From Psammoneis japonica (lineage: Eukaryota): a stretch of 64,000 nt of DNA. The DNA lies in NCBI GenBank assembly GCA_008632985.1, contig QPGO01000001.1, forward strand, positions 590,404 to 654,403. The letters are read 5' to 3'. The notes under the pieces are model-generated. The model worked only from the letters and a program-made list of their open reading frames with translations. It ran no database searches and was not told where the DNA came from. The position numbers and the translations under genes are program-made. Below are positions 13,611-26,379 of this stretch, piece after piece; position 1 is the stretch's first letter; each line of letters opens with the position of its first letter.

Positions 13611-13696
13611 NNNNNNNNNNNNNNNNNNNNNNNNNNNNNNNNNNNNNNNNNNNNNNNNNNNNNNNNNNNNNNNNNNNNNNNNNNNNNNNNNNNNNN
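13611..13696. other. Assembly gap (86 N)
   Basis: Run of N. Confidence 1.
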
Positions 13697-16600
13697 CCCC
13701 ATTTTAGAAACAAATCTGACCAACACTTCCTTCTGTCCTGTGTGGCCCAAACAAACAGGGCCTTTTCTTGCGCTTCTGCTGCTCCTGGACATTCTTCATA
13801 AACCAAAACATTGTCCCCAATTGCTTCGACAGGGACAACACATGACTTGGGTGAGTGCTGAGTCTTCTCAGGCATTGAAAGCCAGTTGTTTCGTTTGTGA
13901 TCAAGCTGCCAGCGACTGACCAAGTCTGCATGCTGATGCCGTTGCCTCGTGGTTCTCTGGTCAGCTTGACAAGCAGTTGGATGGACCACTGCAAAAATCG
14001 ATCCTGTGTCTTCCAAACGGGAGGGAAACTGTTGATGGCCCTTTAGTGTGCCAAAGGTCACATGGGCAAAGTCATGCCATGGTCCTTCGCTTTTGCAATC
14101 GGGGTGCGCATGGCACGCATCCCTCCCGTTTGCATTGTAAAACTCTGTCTTACAAGTCAGGTGTGCATTTTCACCATCTTCACCAACACAATCCTCCCAC
14201 TTTTCCAACATGAAGTTTGGCAACACAGGATGAACTTGGCAACGAGTGTGCTCACTGTTCCACTCAAACGTCACAGCACCGATCCCTCGGCTGCAGGTGA
14301 GAGTGAACGCACTTCCTCCCAGTGTGTGATTGTCCATCCTGACTCTTGATGATTCCTTTTTCCCAGTTGGCAAAATCCAACTGTCAGCTGAAATTGCGGC
14401 ATTGAGCCCCTCATTTGGTCCTCCATGCGCGACACGACCTGCTTCAGAAAACTGTCAAGGTTGCGTTGTTGTGCGGTGGATGACGGCAGCTTGAAAAAGT
14501 CTTTCAAGAGACATTCCCCCAAGCCTGCGTCAAAGTTCATCGCATGTCGGCAATGGTGAAGAAACACTGGGAGATGGAGTGTTTCATGAAGCTTTTGAAG
14601 CTTCCACCCGTGTCCTTCTGTTCGCGGGACGAATTGCACTGTCCGGTCAATGAGGAGACGGATTTTCTCATTTATTTTCTTAACAGATGAACTGGGAGTT
14701 GCGCTTGTGATGGGTGGATTGCCTGGCCTGCACCATGCGTGGAAGACAAGAAGGTCCTCAAGCAATTGAATGAATTGCCGGACGCTGCGGTTGAGTCTTT
14801 TTCCCTTGTGTTTTTTTCTTTTTTTGGTTGTCGTCACCATCCTCAGCCTCACTCTCCTCTTTCTCATCCTCATTTTCATCCCAGTCACCCTCTTCGGACT
14901 CCTCCGACCTTTCATCGTCAGAGTCGTCCAAGTGCTCACTGGGTTGGCAGCAACTCTCAAAGTTTGCTTTGGGCATCTTGCAATTCTCTGGAACAATGGG
15001 TTTGTCTGTGTCAGAAGGTAGAAAACAAAAGCCATTCCAGCTCAGTGGTGAGAGTTGAGGAAGGCAAGCGACGTTGCTCCTCCTTTGAAGTTTGTTCGCA
15101 AAAAGGATGCTTCACAAGTTGACCGGTGATTGCTGAAAATCCTTTCCACTGTGCTGTCCACCTCACTTGCGACCACAGGTGTCATGCTGTCTACAAATGA
15201 ATTGATTGCCCTTTTCAAGGTGCCGTTTTCAAAGAGATGCATCATGTTGCTTGCTGTCACAAGGGTGACGCCGCATGGTTGTGCACCAAAGTCTGCCTCA
15301 AAAAGACAGTTGGCAGGTGCGTTGTGTTGCTTGAGGTGATGCAAGATGCCCAACCAGTGCTTCCTTTCTTGGTCTGATCTGTCATCATCATTGGCCTTAG
15401 TTTGCACTTGGTGGAGATCCAGTCCTCGGATCGTCCAGTTTGTTGAAGCCAGTGAGGCAAAAACGACAGCAACGTTGACGACAGTTGTGACCTCCACATC
15501 GTCCGACGAGACAGTCGCCGCTTTTTGCGTCTCCTGTGATGAGAACGATCAGTGAAATTGCGTGGAGGTGTCGCATCTCATCCCCTCGTCGCATGCATGT
15601 TTTCATGCCTCCTTTTCTCATGACTTCCAAAAGTGGCTCCAAAATGACACGCAAGCAAGTGTGGCAGTCTCTCAACGAGCGTCCCTTCTCCGCCTTGCGA
15701 TTGTTTGAGAGATTCTTTGCCGCAGATGACGACATCTTTTCCAAATCCGGGAGACAACCAATTGGTTTCCAGACACTCTTGTCTGACCATTTGTTGAAGG
15801 CAACATGCGCAGAGGTCATGATCACTGGTTCTCCGCAACATGATCCCATCCCTTGTGTCCTGCCAGTCTTGTCGAGGCAAATGACATTGCACTCGAGAAA
15901 TTGTTTCTCCGGCTCAGTTGTCCATTCTTTGTAACTGCGCCTGTGCCACTCACCTGCCAAAAGGAACTTGTCATCCAGTCCCTTCGCTTTGTGCTTCCCA
16001 AAAGGATTGTCTGGATTGGCCACATTCTCTCTGCTGCACCACAGGTGAGGATCGAGCAAAAACTGTTCCCAAACCTTTGTGAAATCCCATCTTGGCACTG
16101 ACACTCGTTTTGGCAAACCGGTTTTGAAATTTTTGGTTTCCAGAGTGACAGGAATAGACTCGCTGGGTGGAAGAGGGAAATGCTTGGTTAAGGTGCGCAT
16201 CAACTCTTTTCTCCTTGGCAGAACTGCACCAAGCTCAATGTTGCTGTTGCCAGTGTACCTCTCAATGAAATCAACAATGCAATCGTGCAATTCCAGGGGA
16301 GCACCACGTGTGTCCATGAGCTTCTTGCACAACTCTGCGCAAACTCCATCAAGATTTGTCAAAGAGGGAGCAGAACCAAGGCCTCTTCTGCAGGAGCATC
16401 ATGCCTGATCCCCAAACGTTGATCCTCATCGTCAATGTCCTCTTCCTCCTCCATTGTCACGCCCAACACTGCAGCAAAGGATTGACCACCGCCAACATCC
16501 AAATCGTTCATTGCCAAAAGTTCAACTCCTTGCATGCTGTGGTTTGATGAAATGGAGGACATGTCGTCCATTCTGTGCGGTGCGTCATCTGGGGAGGGGA

Positions 16601-16900
16601 AAAGGGGCTGCTGCTCGGATCACTCGTTGAAGATCTTGGGAATCTGCCACGAGTTGATCGCCTCAGATGGGATTTGTCATCATCAAAGGACAAAGAGGAA
16701 GAGCTGCCACTTTCTTTGGGTGGCCCCTCTGTTGTGGCAGGAATGTTGCTTTGATCTGGGATTGGATCTTGGGTTTGCAACTCTTGGGCAACTGAGTGAC
16801 ACGTTGGTGAGTGTCTCCAATGGCAGGCTGTTCGCAAAAAACTTTGGCCACAACTGGGACAGAGAAGAGGGTTTCCGTCCATTGCAAATCAGACAATGTT
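13697..16900 (-). pseudogene. Plavaka-type (EnSpm/CACTA-related) DNA transposase, decayed
   Basis: Ordered motifs across ORFs 15397-16362, 15042-15497, 14271-15035 and 13279-14373: ICLDKT, WKPIGCLP, RDCHTCLRVILEPL, GDAKSGDCLVG...CRFC, MMHLFENG, GHGWKLQKLH...NFDAGLGE, HAHPDCKSEGPWHD. Frameshifted. The 5' boundary is approximate. Confidence 0.75.
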
Positions 16901-17334
16901 GACAGGGCATTCATCAAGAATCATGCTCGTTGTCCTTGTCTTGTGGATGAGAAGGGAAAAAAAGAACAACACGCAAAAAATGGCGGGAAATTGGCAAACA
17001 TCACATTGTCTTCCAGATTTGGATGATTCTTGTGAGTGTGACATGTCTGCATTTTGATTTTTTATCTGGCATCCATGATGAATGTTGCACTTTTTATTTG
17101 CTGTCAAAATGCAGGATGTCATCTCTGTTGAAACGCAATGACAGCCACATCAAAAAGTGAGTTGGACTGTTTGTTGTCATGTGCAAACACATTTTCAAAT
17201 TTCAATGTTGCTGACAACAATTTGTGCAATGTCACAGAGAAAAACAGAGTGCCTGGCTGTCTCAACACGACCCAAACGACGGTTGCACTGTCAAACAACA
17301 CCACTCCTCTCATTGTTGCCGTGAAAAGATCAAG

Positions 17335-18633
17335 ATGTCGTCTCCAGCACAACTGGCAAAGAAGAGAAAGAAAAATGAGACCATTGAGCCAATGAGCCCG
17401 AGACTTCAGGCAGTGTTGAAGAGAACAGGTGCGCAGGCAGCGCATGGTGCATTGAAATCAGAAGTGGAGAAGGTGGCCAGAAATGATCTCTTTCCACAGG
17501 TGAAGTTTCTCAGTCCGTCAGAATTGGCAAGCAATGGGAGCGTCTCAATGTTTGTCAAGAAACAGATTGCTGGTGGCAACATGGACACTTCAAATTGGTC
17601 AGGAACTTGGGAGGAATGGGCAAAAAAGGCGGTAAAAAGGCAAATTGACAATTGCAGAAACACGGTGTGTTCGGCCATTGGGGCGGAGGCAATGGCCCGC
17701 AAGCCAAGTGACCAATGTGTGTGATTTGAGAGTTGCATGTGTCTCACAAGAAGATGACGGTGATGCTTCGTCTACACAGGCGTTGTCACCAAGGAAGAGG
17801 GAAAGGAAAAAGAAAAGAAACTCAAGGTGGCAGACAGGAGGAAAAAGAGGAAAAAGTCAAGTCGTGACAAGAATGAAGAGAATGATGTCCCGTTTGTGCC
17901 GACATGGGATCTGTTTGGCCTGGACACTGTCACCGGCGGCAAACAAAAGAACAAACAGGCATGCAAGTGGTTCTGTGATCACATCCTGCCTCAAACCAAG
18001 CAAAAGCAGGCGTGGAGTGGCACCGTCAAAAATGGGAATGCACAGGTCTCACAGTTGTTTATGGTCGGTGACGAAGCTTTGGCGCTGTTGGCCATGGAGA
18101 GTTGTTGGCAGGTGTGGGCACACAGGAACAAGGAGGAGGCGGTGAAAGAATTGGGTGAGGAAATGGAGCCCAAAGAAACAAGGCCTGCCCCTCGGTGCAC
18201 GAAGCCAAAGAAACGATGAGTGTCTTGGGGAGACGATGGAATCAATCGGTTCAACGATTTGTGCAAAGAGGTGATGAAAGACAGAGACTCCAAGGAGGGC
18301 AAGGAGTTTGAAAAGTGGCATGCGGAGATCAAGAAAAGTGAGTGCAAGAAGTCTGGAGAAGCAAAAAAGAAGAAAAAGAAAGCACCGACCGGTGATGCGG
18401 ACAAGGTGAAGGCAATGAACAGCCCAATGGTGGAGAGCAGCAGGGATGACAACAGTGACAACGATGAGCAGGAGGAAGGCGCAAAAGGCAAAACAGACAA
18501 CAGAGGAGACAAGTCCGATGGAGACGAGTCCGATGATGATCGTCAGCTTGGTTTGAGAGAGTTGCAGCAAGAAAATGTGTGCACAGTTGACATGGCACTT
18601 GGTCACTGCACTGCAGACGTGACAAGGGATTGA
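17335..18633 (+). pseudogene. Transposon companion gene (function unknown), divergent from the transposase; one intron at 17699-17779
   Basis: Exon 1 encodes VARNDLFPQVKFL...RNTVC. Exon 2 encodes WFCDHILP...DEALALLAMESCWQVW...SWGDDGINRFNDL. Removing the 81 nt intron joins the frames. Internal TGA at 18217. Paralog at 29200-30433. Confidence 0.65.
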
Positions 18634-20277
18634 CTCAACTGATGAAATGCTTTTCTTGTTTAAAACAATGTTTGTGAAAATTGACAAACCAAGGATTGTG
18701 TGGAAATGCAATCACGCATTGGCACATGGCAACAAGGTGGAGGCAGATGTGGTGATGTGGATGCAGTGAAAAACAGCGTGCACAATTCTCAACAAGTTGT
18801 TGCAATGTTGGTGCAGCAAACTTGCAACCAGAGGTTAGCCTTTCATCATGTGACAACAATGTTTTGCAATGTTTTGATGAATTGTCATCATGTGGATCCA
18901 CACATTTTTAACATTTCGTGCACTCTGATGACCACCGCTCTTCTTGTGAATGAATGGTGCACCCTTGCAGTCACAGCAAGAAGGACACAACCACTTGTGC
19001 TGCACCTCCATCTTTCAGATCATGCCATCATTTTGATGCTTGCAGGCAAAGGACTCAAGGTGGTTCTGGCAGAAAGAATGGTGGCCACATGCACTCTTCT
19101 TTTGGACCTCATTGGATGCTCTGTGGGCAGCATGTGTAAGAGGGAAAATGCATGGTGTGAGTTGTCAGACAAGGAAAGAAGAGACCATTCTGAGGAGGAC
19201 TTGCAGATTGTTTTTGTTGACAGTTGATTTCATTGCCTTGTTGGCTCTGCTGAAACATGAAAAGCAGAGCCATTGAGGACATTTTGAAAAGGACAAACAT
19301 CAAGAAAAAGAAACACAGTGTTCATGTCGTGATGCTGCACACTGATGTTCATCTGTTTCTTTTTTGTTGAGTTGCAGCCATCTTGTCTTCTTTGGCATTC
19401 CTGTCATCAATGCCATTCACTTTGTCCACTTCACCCCAATGTGCATTCACTGCCCCTGCCAGAAAGCACTCTGCCACTTCTTGGGTTCCAGCGTTGCTGC
19501 CAGTGGCAACGTTGTTAGAAGTGGGGAGGTGGCAGGGTTCACACTGCCCCGTGTGACAAAAAATTCTGTTGCCACCTCCTTTGATCTGCACAATTGAAAG
19601 GTGGGCAAAAAAAAAGTGATTAGATTGAACAACAGCAACAACAAGAACACCACCTCACTGTGCACTTGCTGACAGGGCTCCACCTGTTCTTCCACATCGT
19701 GGGTTCCAGCATTCCCACCACAGCACTCGCCAAGTCCTGGATCACCCAGCCACTTCCAATGTGCTTGGCATTGCCAGTGCCATGCTAGCGGAAACATGTG
19801 GCACGAGGGCGTCCCAGCTCATTGGTGTAATGGCTTGCTTCAGCCGACCCTGTGACAACGGTTTACATGCAAAAAGTTCGCACTCTACCGCAGCCCTCTA
19901 CTGGCAGCACAACGTGTTATATCCTCTAGTAGAGAGCAGTGCGCGACAATTCCGTGATCGGGATTTACATGTGACATCATTTTAGACTATTTCGCTCGCT
20001 CCCATCTCAATCATCTGCTTGATGTTGCCCTTGCTTCTCACCCGTGGTATCCATCACCATATCGAGACTCACTCTGCTGTACCTAAGAGGGCATCCGTTG
20101 CCCGCTAAAGCACGTCTCTGGTCTAGCAAAAAGTCTCTTTACATTATCACTGGCTGCGCACTCTCTCCGATCCAAGCCGATGACTCTCTCCAACCCCCAA
20201 CTCTCCTTGTCCTCTTGTCCCGTCGGCAGCTCTGTCATGCACCTGCCTCTTCTTCGCCCGGCCATGATCAAGTCAAT

Positions 20278-22764
20278 TTACAACAGCTTTTGTACTGCGG
20301 CATAAATCGGACCGTAATTGTCGGCGGCTCCTTCGTGAGCATCACCTATCGCTTGAACGTGCCATCCACCATTCATGGTCCGATAGAGCCTACACATGAT
20401 GACTGATGTTAAATACGAGACTTTATCGTGAGCATCGAGGTCATAGACACACAACGGTGCAGTATCAGTGCCTCCTGCGTCAGCATCCACAAACGAGATG
20501 GAAGGCGATACAATATCCGAAAGGGCCGCGTCGGCCCAAGCGGAAATGACAAAGACACAAGATGTGATCACTTGGTCGAGTGCGCTCAAGTTGATGTTGA
20601 TCGTGTGCGTCCCACCACCGTCCCGCATGACATCTCCGGAATGAAGGATGGCACCATCTTGGGCATTTCTGTTTTGGTAGTCAACCGTGTCCATCAGAGT
20701 TTTGCCCTTGTACACAAGTCGCATCAAAAAACTTTGTGTTTGTGCCTGGGTAGCCCCACACATCCCTGAAGACAACCCTTTGAAGGTCAGAAGAAGCGCT
20801 GTACGTTTGCCCTTTGGAAAGAATCTTGCTTGTGCCACTAGCATGTACACGAGAAAAATCCATGCCCTCTTTGTGATAGTTCTTCCGAAGCGAGTTTTGT
20901 ATGTGCTGGCGCAAGTATCTCGCCATTGTAGCTTTGGATGGTGGACACCTTCCACCAACAAACGCAAAGAATCCGTGCCAGGTATTTACCGTAAGGATAT
21001 GGTTTATCTGCGTCCGAAAGTGAGTAAAACTCATCACATGATAAGTTGAAGCTGCCTCCGGTCCTGTAGGTTCCGGTTGACCAAAGTATCGATCGTAGCG
21101 ATTTGCCCGCTCTTGCGTTGTCGTACCGAGGCAGGTTGATCGGTAGAAATATACATGAAACATGCAGAGACGAAGGCCTACAGACATTGCATCAATCGTC
21201 AAGCAAACCCTCTCTTCGGCCTTCTCGGCAGTTTCAGGCCTTCCAAACTCATCCTGCGTGTGCTCCAGTTGAGGGTATTTGGTGCAGCACCACAAAACGC
21301 CGCGATCGAAATTCTCCGTCAAGTACGTTCCCCGAAGGTCATTCCAACCAAAATCCTTTTCGTCCACCACCATGAGCAGTGGAAGAATAGAACCAAGACT
21401 TGGACAGGACTTCTTTGTGCGGTATTGCTCAGAAGAGACAAATTTGCGAAGTCGTAACAATGCCACGCGTTTGACGTTGGGGAAATGGTGGGCTAGCGCC
21501 AAGAACAACCGTTGAATGTTCAGGAGACCAGTAAAGCTCTTTCGGCTTGCAGAAATCCCTTGGTCCGAAAGTAGTACTGCAAAGGTGTTGACGATTTTTG
21601 GCATAACGTCCAATACCATCTCCTCAAATGTGTCATTCCGATCACCACCATTCCTAGCTACCGGGTACCTCAGCCTGATTATTGTCTTGCGAATAAGGGG
21701 CAGAGCACGTCGGAAATGATCTTCAGTGAAGTAGAGAGGCAAGAACAGCTCAAACTTGTTGCCAAAGGCATCGGCGCGAATGCGGAATTGTTTGAATGCG
21801 GTGATGCTGAGCAGATCTTGGGACAGGTCAATGTAATCTTAGTTCGCGGATTGACAGTATAGCTGACGCCTACTCCCAGTACATCTTCGAAAAAGGTCTT
21901 TTGGGTAGAGAAGCATTTCAAGCGATCGACGATCTTTGTCAAAGACATTTGGTAAAGCAACTTCCAGTACTTCATATTTTTCGACGTCAATTCACTTTGC
22001 GGAAAGCGTTGACGAAACATGGTCTGCCACAGATACCCTTCTTCCGAAATCTTCTTGGAGAACTTGGAACAAGCTCCCAAGGAAGCCATGTCTTCAGGTT
22101 TCAAGAAGGATAGTATACCTTCTGTCAAGACGTCATAAGGTAAATCCAACAGCAGACATTTCGGTTTACACTCTTGCTCCGGTTCTTCCTGATGAGAAAC
22201 CAATTCTGCTTGAAGAGATACTTGTTCCTGATCAGCAGCGGCTGCAGCAGCAGCTGCAGCAGCTGCAGCGCGTCTACGAGCATTTCGGCGCTGGTTCTTT
22301 AGCAAACTCTTGGTCACTTTTGGTTTATTGGGTTCATAGTTCTTGGGCATAGTCTTTGCCAGTGCGTAGTACGGGTTGGAAGCAAGTGCACCTTTGGTCG
22401 AACTCGACGAAGTAGCGTTGGTGGTACTCGGGTTGTGATGCTGGTTCGAAGGTGACTTATTCTTGGAGGCCGTAACATGCTTAGTAGGACTCGGCTTTGC
22501 ATGTGGGTTCAAAGATACCTTCTTAGAAGCAGCAAAAACCTGGGTAGGACTTGGTTTCAGATGCTCGCTCTTTTTAGACCCGACTGCCACCCAATCACTG
22601 CCATCAGTCTCTTGTAGACTCACGGCTGGCGCCGGCTTCTTGGGGAGAGAGTTGTGGGTGCTTGATTTCTTCTTCTTCTTTGACGATGAAGCCTTTGCGC
22701 TGAGGCTCGTCACGACGGCCGACGAGAAAATAGAAGAGATGAGATCATTGTCCTGGGTGGCCAT
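20278..22764 (-). pseudogene. F-box + uncharacterised central domain + C-terminal TerD-like domain protein, with two frameshifts (pseudogene or assembly error)
   Basis: ATG at 22764. F-box LLDLPYDVLTEGILSFLKPEDMASLGACSK...LW. TerD-like VDY...AILHSGD...HTININLSAL...VFVIS...IMCRLYR...WHVQAIG. Frame changes at ~21840 and ~20715 leave no room for introns. Normal TpA and Tyr content. Confidence 0.75.
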
Positions 22765-22985
22765 GTTTCCAAGCAATCACGCAAATTTGTAAGCAGAGAG
22801 GCGAAATAATGAACTTCTTTGTCGGCACAAATGTGAAACACGTCTGTGGAAACGTGCCAAAAGAATGCTTTCGAAGGAACGGAGTCGACGTTTTTATTCG
22901 TGCTTACGAGCAATTTTCCCTCAACCCCATCCACGATCATCAGCCGTGCGTTCCATAACTTCGGCTGTGGCGTGCCGATCGAAAA

Positions 22986-23033
22986 GACTCACGACTCAAT
23001 GACGTCACGACTCACGACTCAGTGGCGTCACGA
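22986..23033. promoter_or_regulatory. Cluster of bZIP-type motifs (TGACGTCA plus repeated GACTCA) ~230 bp upstream of the F-box gene
   Basis: gactcacgactcaatgacgtcacgactcacgactcagtggcgtcacga. Confidence 0.3.
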
Positions 23034-23411
23034 GCATACATAGGGGTATTATGATCGATGTTAGGCGGCGCTCTCTAAAGCAGGGCTTTTCCAACAATCC
23101 TCAGACGAGTACGACTATTTCGCAACCAAATTTGGCTCTCCTTTGGTGCTGCTGGATTATCATTCCACGTCAAACTTGCAAACAGACGAAACACATGCGC
23201 AGACAGCGAATCTAATTCATTCCACATCTGGATGAATCGAACCGTTCCGGGATCATTTAAATTGTCCTGTACAAGGATCTTGATTGTACGGTATCTTGGT
23301 CAGGCAGTAGTAGCTCTTGCCCTTTTGCGAGTAGTTACTCACCGCTGTCACGTCCATTTACGCGGCGATGATTACCATACCTGGGTACGGGAGTCTTTCA
23401 ACGCTTCAATT

Positions 23412-24587
23412 TCAATCGTTCAATCCGAATCTCTCTTGAAAGGATTCAACTGTCATTTGATGACACACCATGTCCTTGTCTCGACACCTTGCACCCTGAT
23501 TTAAACATTGTCCCTTGGGCTCGCCGTATAGTTCCGAACCCCAAATGGCACTGGTTCGTTCTTGTGGCACTTGTTCAAAATACGGATTCTCGTTATTGTG
23601 TTGTGAGACATTGTAAAAGTTTACAAAGTAGCTCACGATCCAATCCGCGTGCATGCAATTGCCAGCCATTCTATTTCTATAGAGTCGGTATGGCTGTTGC
23701 ACAAGATAGGAATTCATGAGTTCCACAACACTCATGCCTTTGCGATAGAATTCACGCTCTCCAATCAAATTTTCCTGTATTCGATTGCAAATCCCGTCGG
23801 AACAATCCATGGGTCGCATCAGATTCAAGAGCGCACCCTTGTTGAATACGACTCCAAATCCACCCCAAGCAAAGGTAAAATTCACCTCTTGCACGCTGTG
23901 CCGGACCCGACAGCCGGCATAGACATTGGGTACAGAACTATTGTGCTTGTCGTGTTGTTTCACAAACTCTTGAAACAACTCCATGTTATAATACGAATCA
24001 TCATCCATGACGATTAAATAATCGGGAAGCGGCAAGAATGACGGCGTTTGGAAATAGTATCGCGTCGTCTTGTACAGTCCGTGTGCGACACGGGGTATCG
24101 CACACAACCATCCGACGGGATCCGACTTTTTGCGGAGCCAAGGTACGCTGGCAAAATTGCCTCGAAAATGCCTCATGAGCTCCGATGTGCTTTCATTCTT
24201 ATAGATTCGACAGTAACGGCTTATGTAAATCACATCCTCCATGGTCAAGTCGGTGTGACAACGCGGATCGGGGTCGTCGGTTTCTGTTACATTAAACACG
24301 CGGCGGACATTTTTTTGAGCGATGAACCCCTTGTGCTGCGCCTTGAGCAAGTCGAGGCGCTTGTTGGATCCAATGGATAAAATATCAATGACGGGTGTTT
24401 CGGTTCTTGTCGTGGCAGTCAACGATTTCACCACAGCGTCGTTCCAAACAGGAGTAGGTCTGAATGAGACGAAATTTTTATTTGCGTCGTTTCTTGGAAG
24501 CTCGACAAAGAGCAAACCAAATTGCAAGAATACCACGCACACAATCGCTACAACAATCAATCTTTTTATAGAGAGAGAATACAACAT
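23412..24587 (-). CDS. Type II membrane protein, Fringe/GT31-like glycosyltransferase (391 aa)
   Basis: Intact ORF with N-terminal transmembrane segment (LIVVAIVCVVFLQFGLLFV), DYLIVMDDDSY (DDD motif), FAWGGFGVVF and a downstream HADWIVSY motif. Confidence 0.7.
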   Translation of the reverse strand: MLYSLSIKRLIVVAIVCVVFLQFGLLFVELPRNDANKNFVSFRPTPVWNDAVVKSLTATTRTETPVIDILSIGSNKRLDLLKAQHKGFIAQKNVRRVFNVTETDDPDPRCHTDLTMEDVIYISRYCRIYKNESTSELMRHFRGNFASVPWLRKKSDPVGWLCAIPRVAHGLYKTTRYYFQTPSFLPLPDYLIVMDDDSYYNMELFQEFVKQHDKHNSSVPNVYAGCRVRHSVQEVNFTFAWGGFGVVFNKGALLNLMRPMDCSDGICNRIQENLIGEREFYRKGMSVVELMNSYLVQQPYRLYRNRMAGNCMHADWIVSYFVNFYNVSQHNNENPYFEQVPQERTSAIWGSELYGEPKGQCLNQGARCRDKDMVCHQMTVESFQERFGLND

Positions 24588-26379
24588 TTGCTACGCCCTT
24601 GTTAATTAGCTCCGATACTCATGATGGTCAAAAGGGCTACCGGTAACATCATCCATCATGATGGTGCGGTTGCCCGCGCCGAGCCAGAGACCTGAAGCGA
24701 AGGACAGACGCCCACCGGTGTACTCACATCAATCACATGTTCGGTTCGAAAGAGAGCCTCCTGTTCAAAAAGACAGCAAAAGTTGTTGCAGTTAAAACAT
24801 TGTCGTTGCACGTGTCATAAATGCACAGCATCCAGTGCAAACATCATTAAAATTTGCACTTCTCCAATGCTTGTTGGGCCTTGTGCCTGGCCCGCCTCTT
24901 TTCCATGATCACAGGCAATCACCTTGACAACAAGACTCAAGGAACTGCGCTCCCTCTCTCCAAATCAGCATCTCACTTTCATTGCAAGAGCCAAGTTGCA
25001 AAACATCCAGCTCCAACCCAAAGCCCATGCTCTCCAGTTGTTGTTTGCCAGCAAGGCTCATCAAGTTGCGGGCATTGAGATGTGTGAGACACAGTCATTG
25101 CGCTGCAACCTCGTGCTCCTGCTTGGTGTTGCGTGCAAGCATTTGAGTGTTGCTTTGCAATCCAACATGAGCAAGCCCCAGCAGCTGACATTTTGTTTTT
25201 GTGCATTGTGTTTGCAGCTCAGAAGATGGTGTTTGAGACATGTGGTCTCTTCTCGGACATTTGTTCCCACCTCATCTGTGTTGTTCTGTGTGACACATGG
25301 AATGCACCCCACCAGTCACACAGGCTTCACAGGATCAATGTTGACAGGTGTTCTAAAGAAGACAACAGATTGACCATGTCAAGGAGCTTGTCCATCAAGA
25401 CAAAAATTTTGTGAAACACCACCCCCCACAGGAAGTCAGCTCCTCCCTTTCTGTGTGGTCTCCTGAGACTGCCATTGTCACGAAATTGTTTTGATGGGCA
25501 TCTTTAAAGCACTTGCTTGTGGCCTCATCAAAGAGCCAAAGCAAGCAATTGCATCCTCTTCTGCTGATCTCTCTTGCAACCAATGAGCCACTGACACTGG
25601 ATGTCACCACCATTTGATGCACCATGCTGACATCATCATCGCGCAGCTTCTCTCCGGTGGCAGCCGCCTTGGCCAATTCACTCTCATCTTGGTGTGAAAA
25701 GAATTTGTCATGTGCGCTCTCATGCACCAGCTTTGGAAGGTTGAATTTGTCATCCCACTTTTCACAAGAAGGCATCCACTGGGCAGGCTTGATGATTTGA
25801 TCGATCGCACAGTTCCCGGGCATTGTTGCCCCAACCATTTTCACCCATTTGCTGTTTCTCTTGCATCAATGTGCATCAGAGGCCGCAATGCAGTGGTGTT
25901 CACTTTTCTCCACACAATGTGCTCCAATCAATGCGTTGTGTTTGTTCATCTTTTGTTTGGAATTTTTGCATGTGAAGACAATTGACATGCTGCCTTTGAT
26001 GGCCACATTCTACATGGACATTTGTCGCCATTTTGTCATTGTTCATTTTTGACAATTCATTTGCATTCATTCTTTGCTTGGGTTTCATGTGCTGCAGTTT
26101 GATGACAATGTTGCATTTGTTTTGAAATGTCATCTTTGACTGTTGTTTTCAATGGCTCCCCCTTGTGCATGCCCCACTGCTGCAGTGTCTGGCACATCCT
26201 CTGTGCCCAAGTCACCCCCAAGTGCCTTTCCTGCCTCATTTTCCCCCAGCACCTCCCGGAATTTCAGTGCATGGCTCTCTGCCTGGCTTCGAGCACTCAT
26301 TCCACATGCACAATCATCCGCGCATTTCATGACAGTGCATCCTCTCCCCAAACTGCATTTGACCTGAGCATGCACTGTT

